DNA of 64,000 nt, taken from NCBI GenBank assembly GCA_043812495.1, contig JBDRMG010000047.1, positions 43,771-107,770 of the forward strand. The letters run 5' to 3'. Positions 63,755-64,000 of the stretch are shown here, in pieces (position 1 is the first letter of the stretch; the number at the start of each line of letters is the position of its first letter). The notes beneath the pieces were generated by a model, which was not told where the DNA came from, did not search any database, and saw only the letters and a program-made list of their open reading frames with translations. A program made the translations under genes and the position numbers. Origin of the DNA: Candidatus Omnitrophota bacterium. Its GTDB lineage: Bacteria; Omnitrophota; Gorgyraeia; Zapsychrales; JBDRMG01.

Positions 63755-64000
63755 ATGAGCAAGCAGGAAGAAAAATTATATCCGGATATCGAAGAATGGT
63801 TAAAAGTATATTTAACTGAGAAATATTCGACCAATAAAATTATTACGACTCGCAAGACTTCTAGGCAGAATTTAGATGTTTGCCTTAAGAGCCTTGGAAT
63901 CGAGATCAAAGAAGCCATTGGATTATCGATTAAGGTTGACATCGTTGGTATCCTTGTGCGAGGGCAAAAAGTCAGATTGGTTTTTGTTGAGGTAAAAGAT
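63755..64000 (+). CDS. PD-(D/E)xK nuclease, truncated by the window end
   Basis: Own translation MSKQEEKLYPDIEEWL...IKVDIVGIL...LVFVEVKD; not in the ORF track because it has no stop in the window. Confidence 0.7.
   Translation, partial: MSKQEEKLYPDIEEWLKVYLTEKYSTNKIITTRKTSRQNLDVCLKSLGIEIKEAIGLSIKVDIVGILVRGQKVRLVFVEVKD

Larger units (their letters stand above)
57100..64000. mobile_element. Left part of an integrated genomic island downstream of tRNA-Glu
   Basis: Large serine recombinase with DUF2924, divergent LexA-like repressor and AT-rich RM cargo; exact att site not identified. Confidence 0.7.

Overview
Bacterial chromosomal window; gene content and repeat style suggest an anaerobic PVC-group organism such as Ca. 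Omnitrophota (inference). From 5' to 3' it contains six blocks. (1) A nitrogen-assimilation supercluster: porin-like gene, amtB, glnK, type III glnA, nadE, an inserted RAYT/HUH transposase, Fis-like HTH, gltBD, a PPDK_N-domain protein, nfnAB and gdhA, with ANTAR-type dual-hexaloop attenuators in two leaders. (2) A cassette-like accessory stretch at 22.2-29.6 kb: an AT-rich three-gene candidate defence module, a frameshifted DUF1016-nuclease gene, a RelE-type TA pair and dinD-lexA. (3) pfk, DUF1846, a duplication-flanked antiporter islet, then carB-carA-carB-purF-pyrG. (4) tRNA-Leu with an MNT-HEPN pair, a GT-C-like membrane protein, rpe and an Flp-like pilin. (5) A FIST / histidine kinase / REC-GGDEF operon. 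(6) tRNA-Glu followed by a serine-recombinase island with a second LexA, two DNA methyltransferases, a degenerate LAGLIDADG protein and a PD-(D/E)xK nuclease cut by the window end. The main unexplained signal is a dense set of nested palindromic repeats. One family of about 19 copies conserves its hairpin geometry rather than its sequence. These repeats nest inside each other, bracket accessory genes, interleave with attenuators and insert in frame into carB. All alignments and folds were done by eye; no database searches were run.
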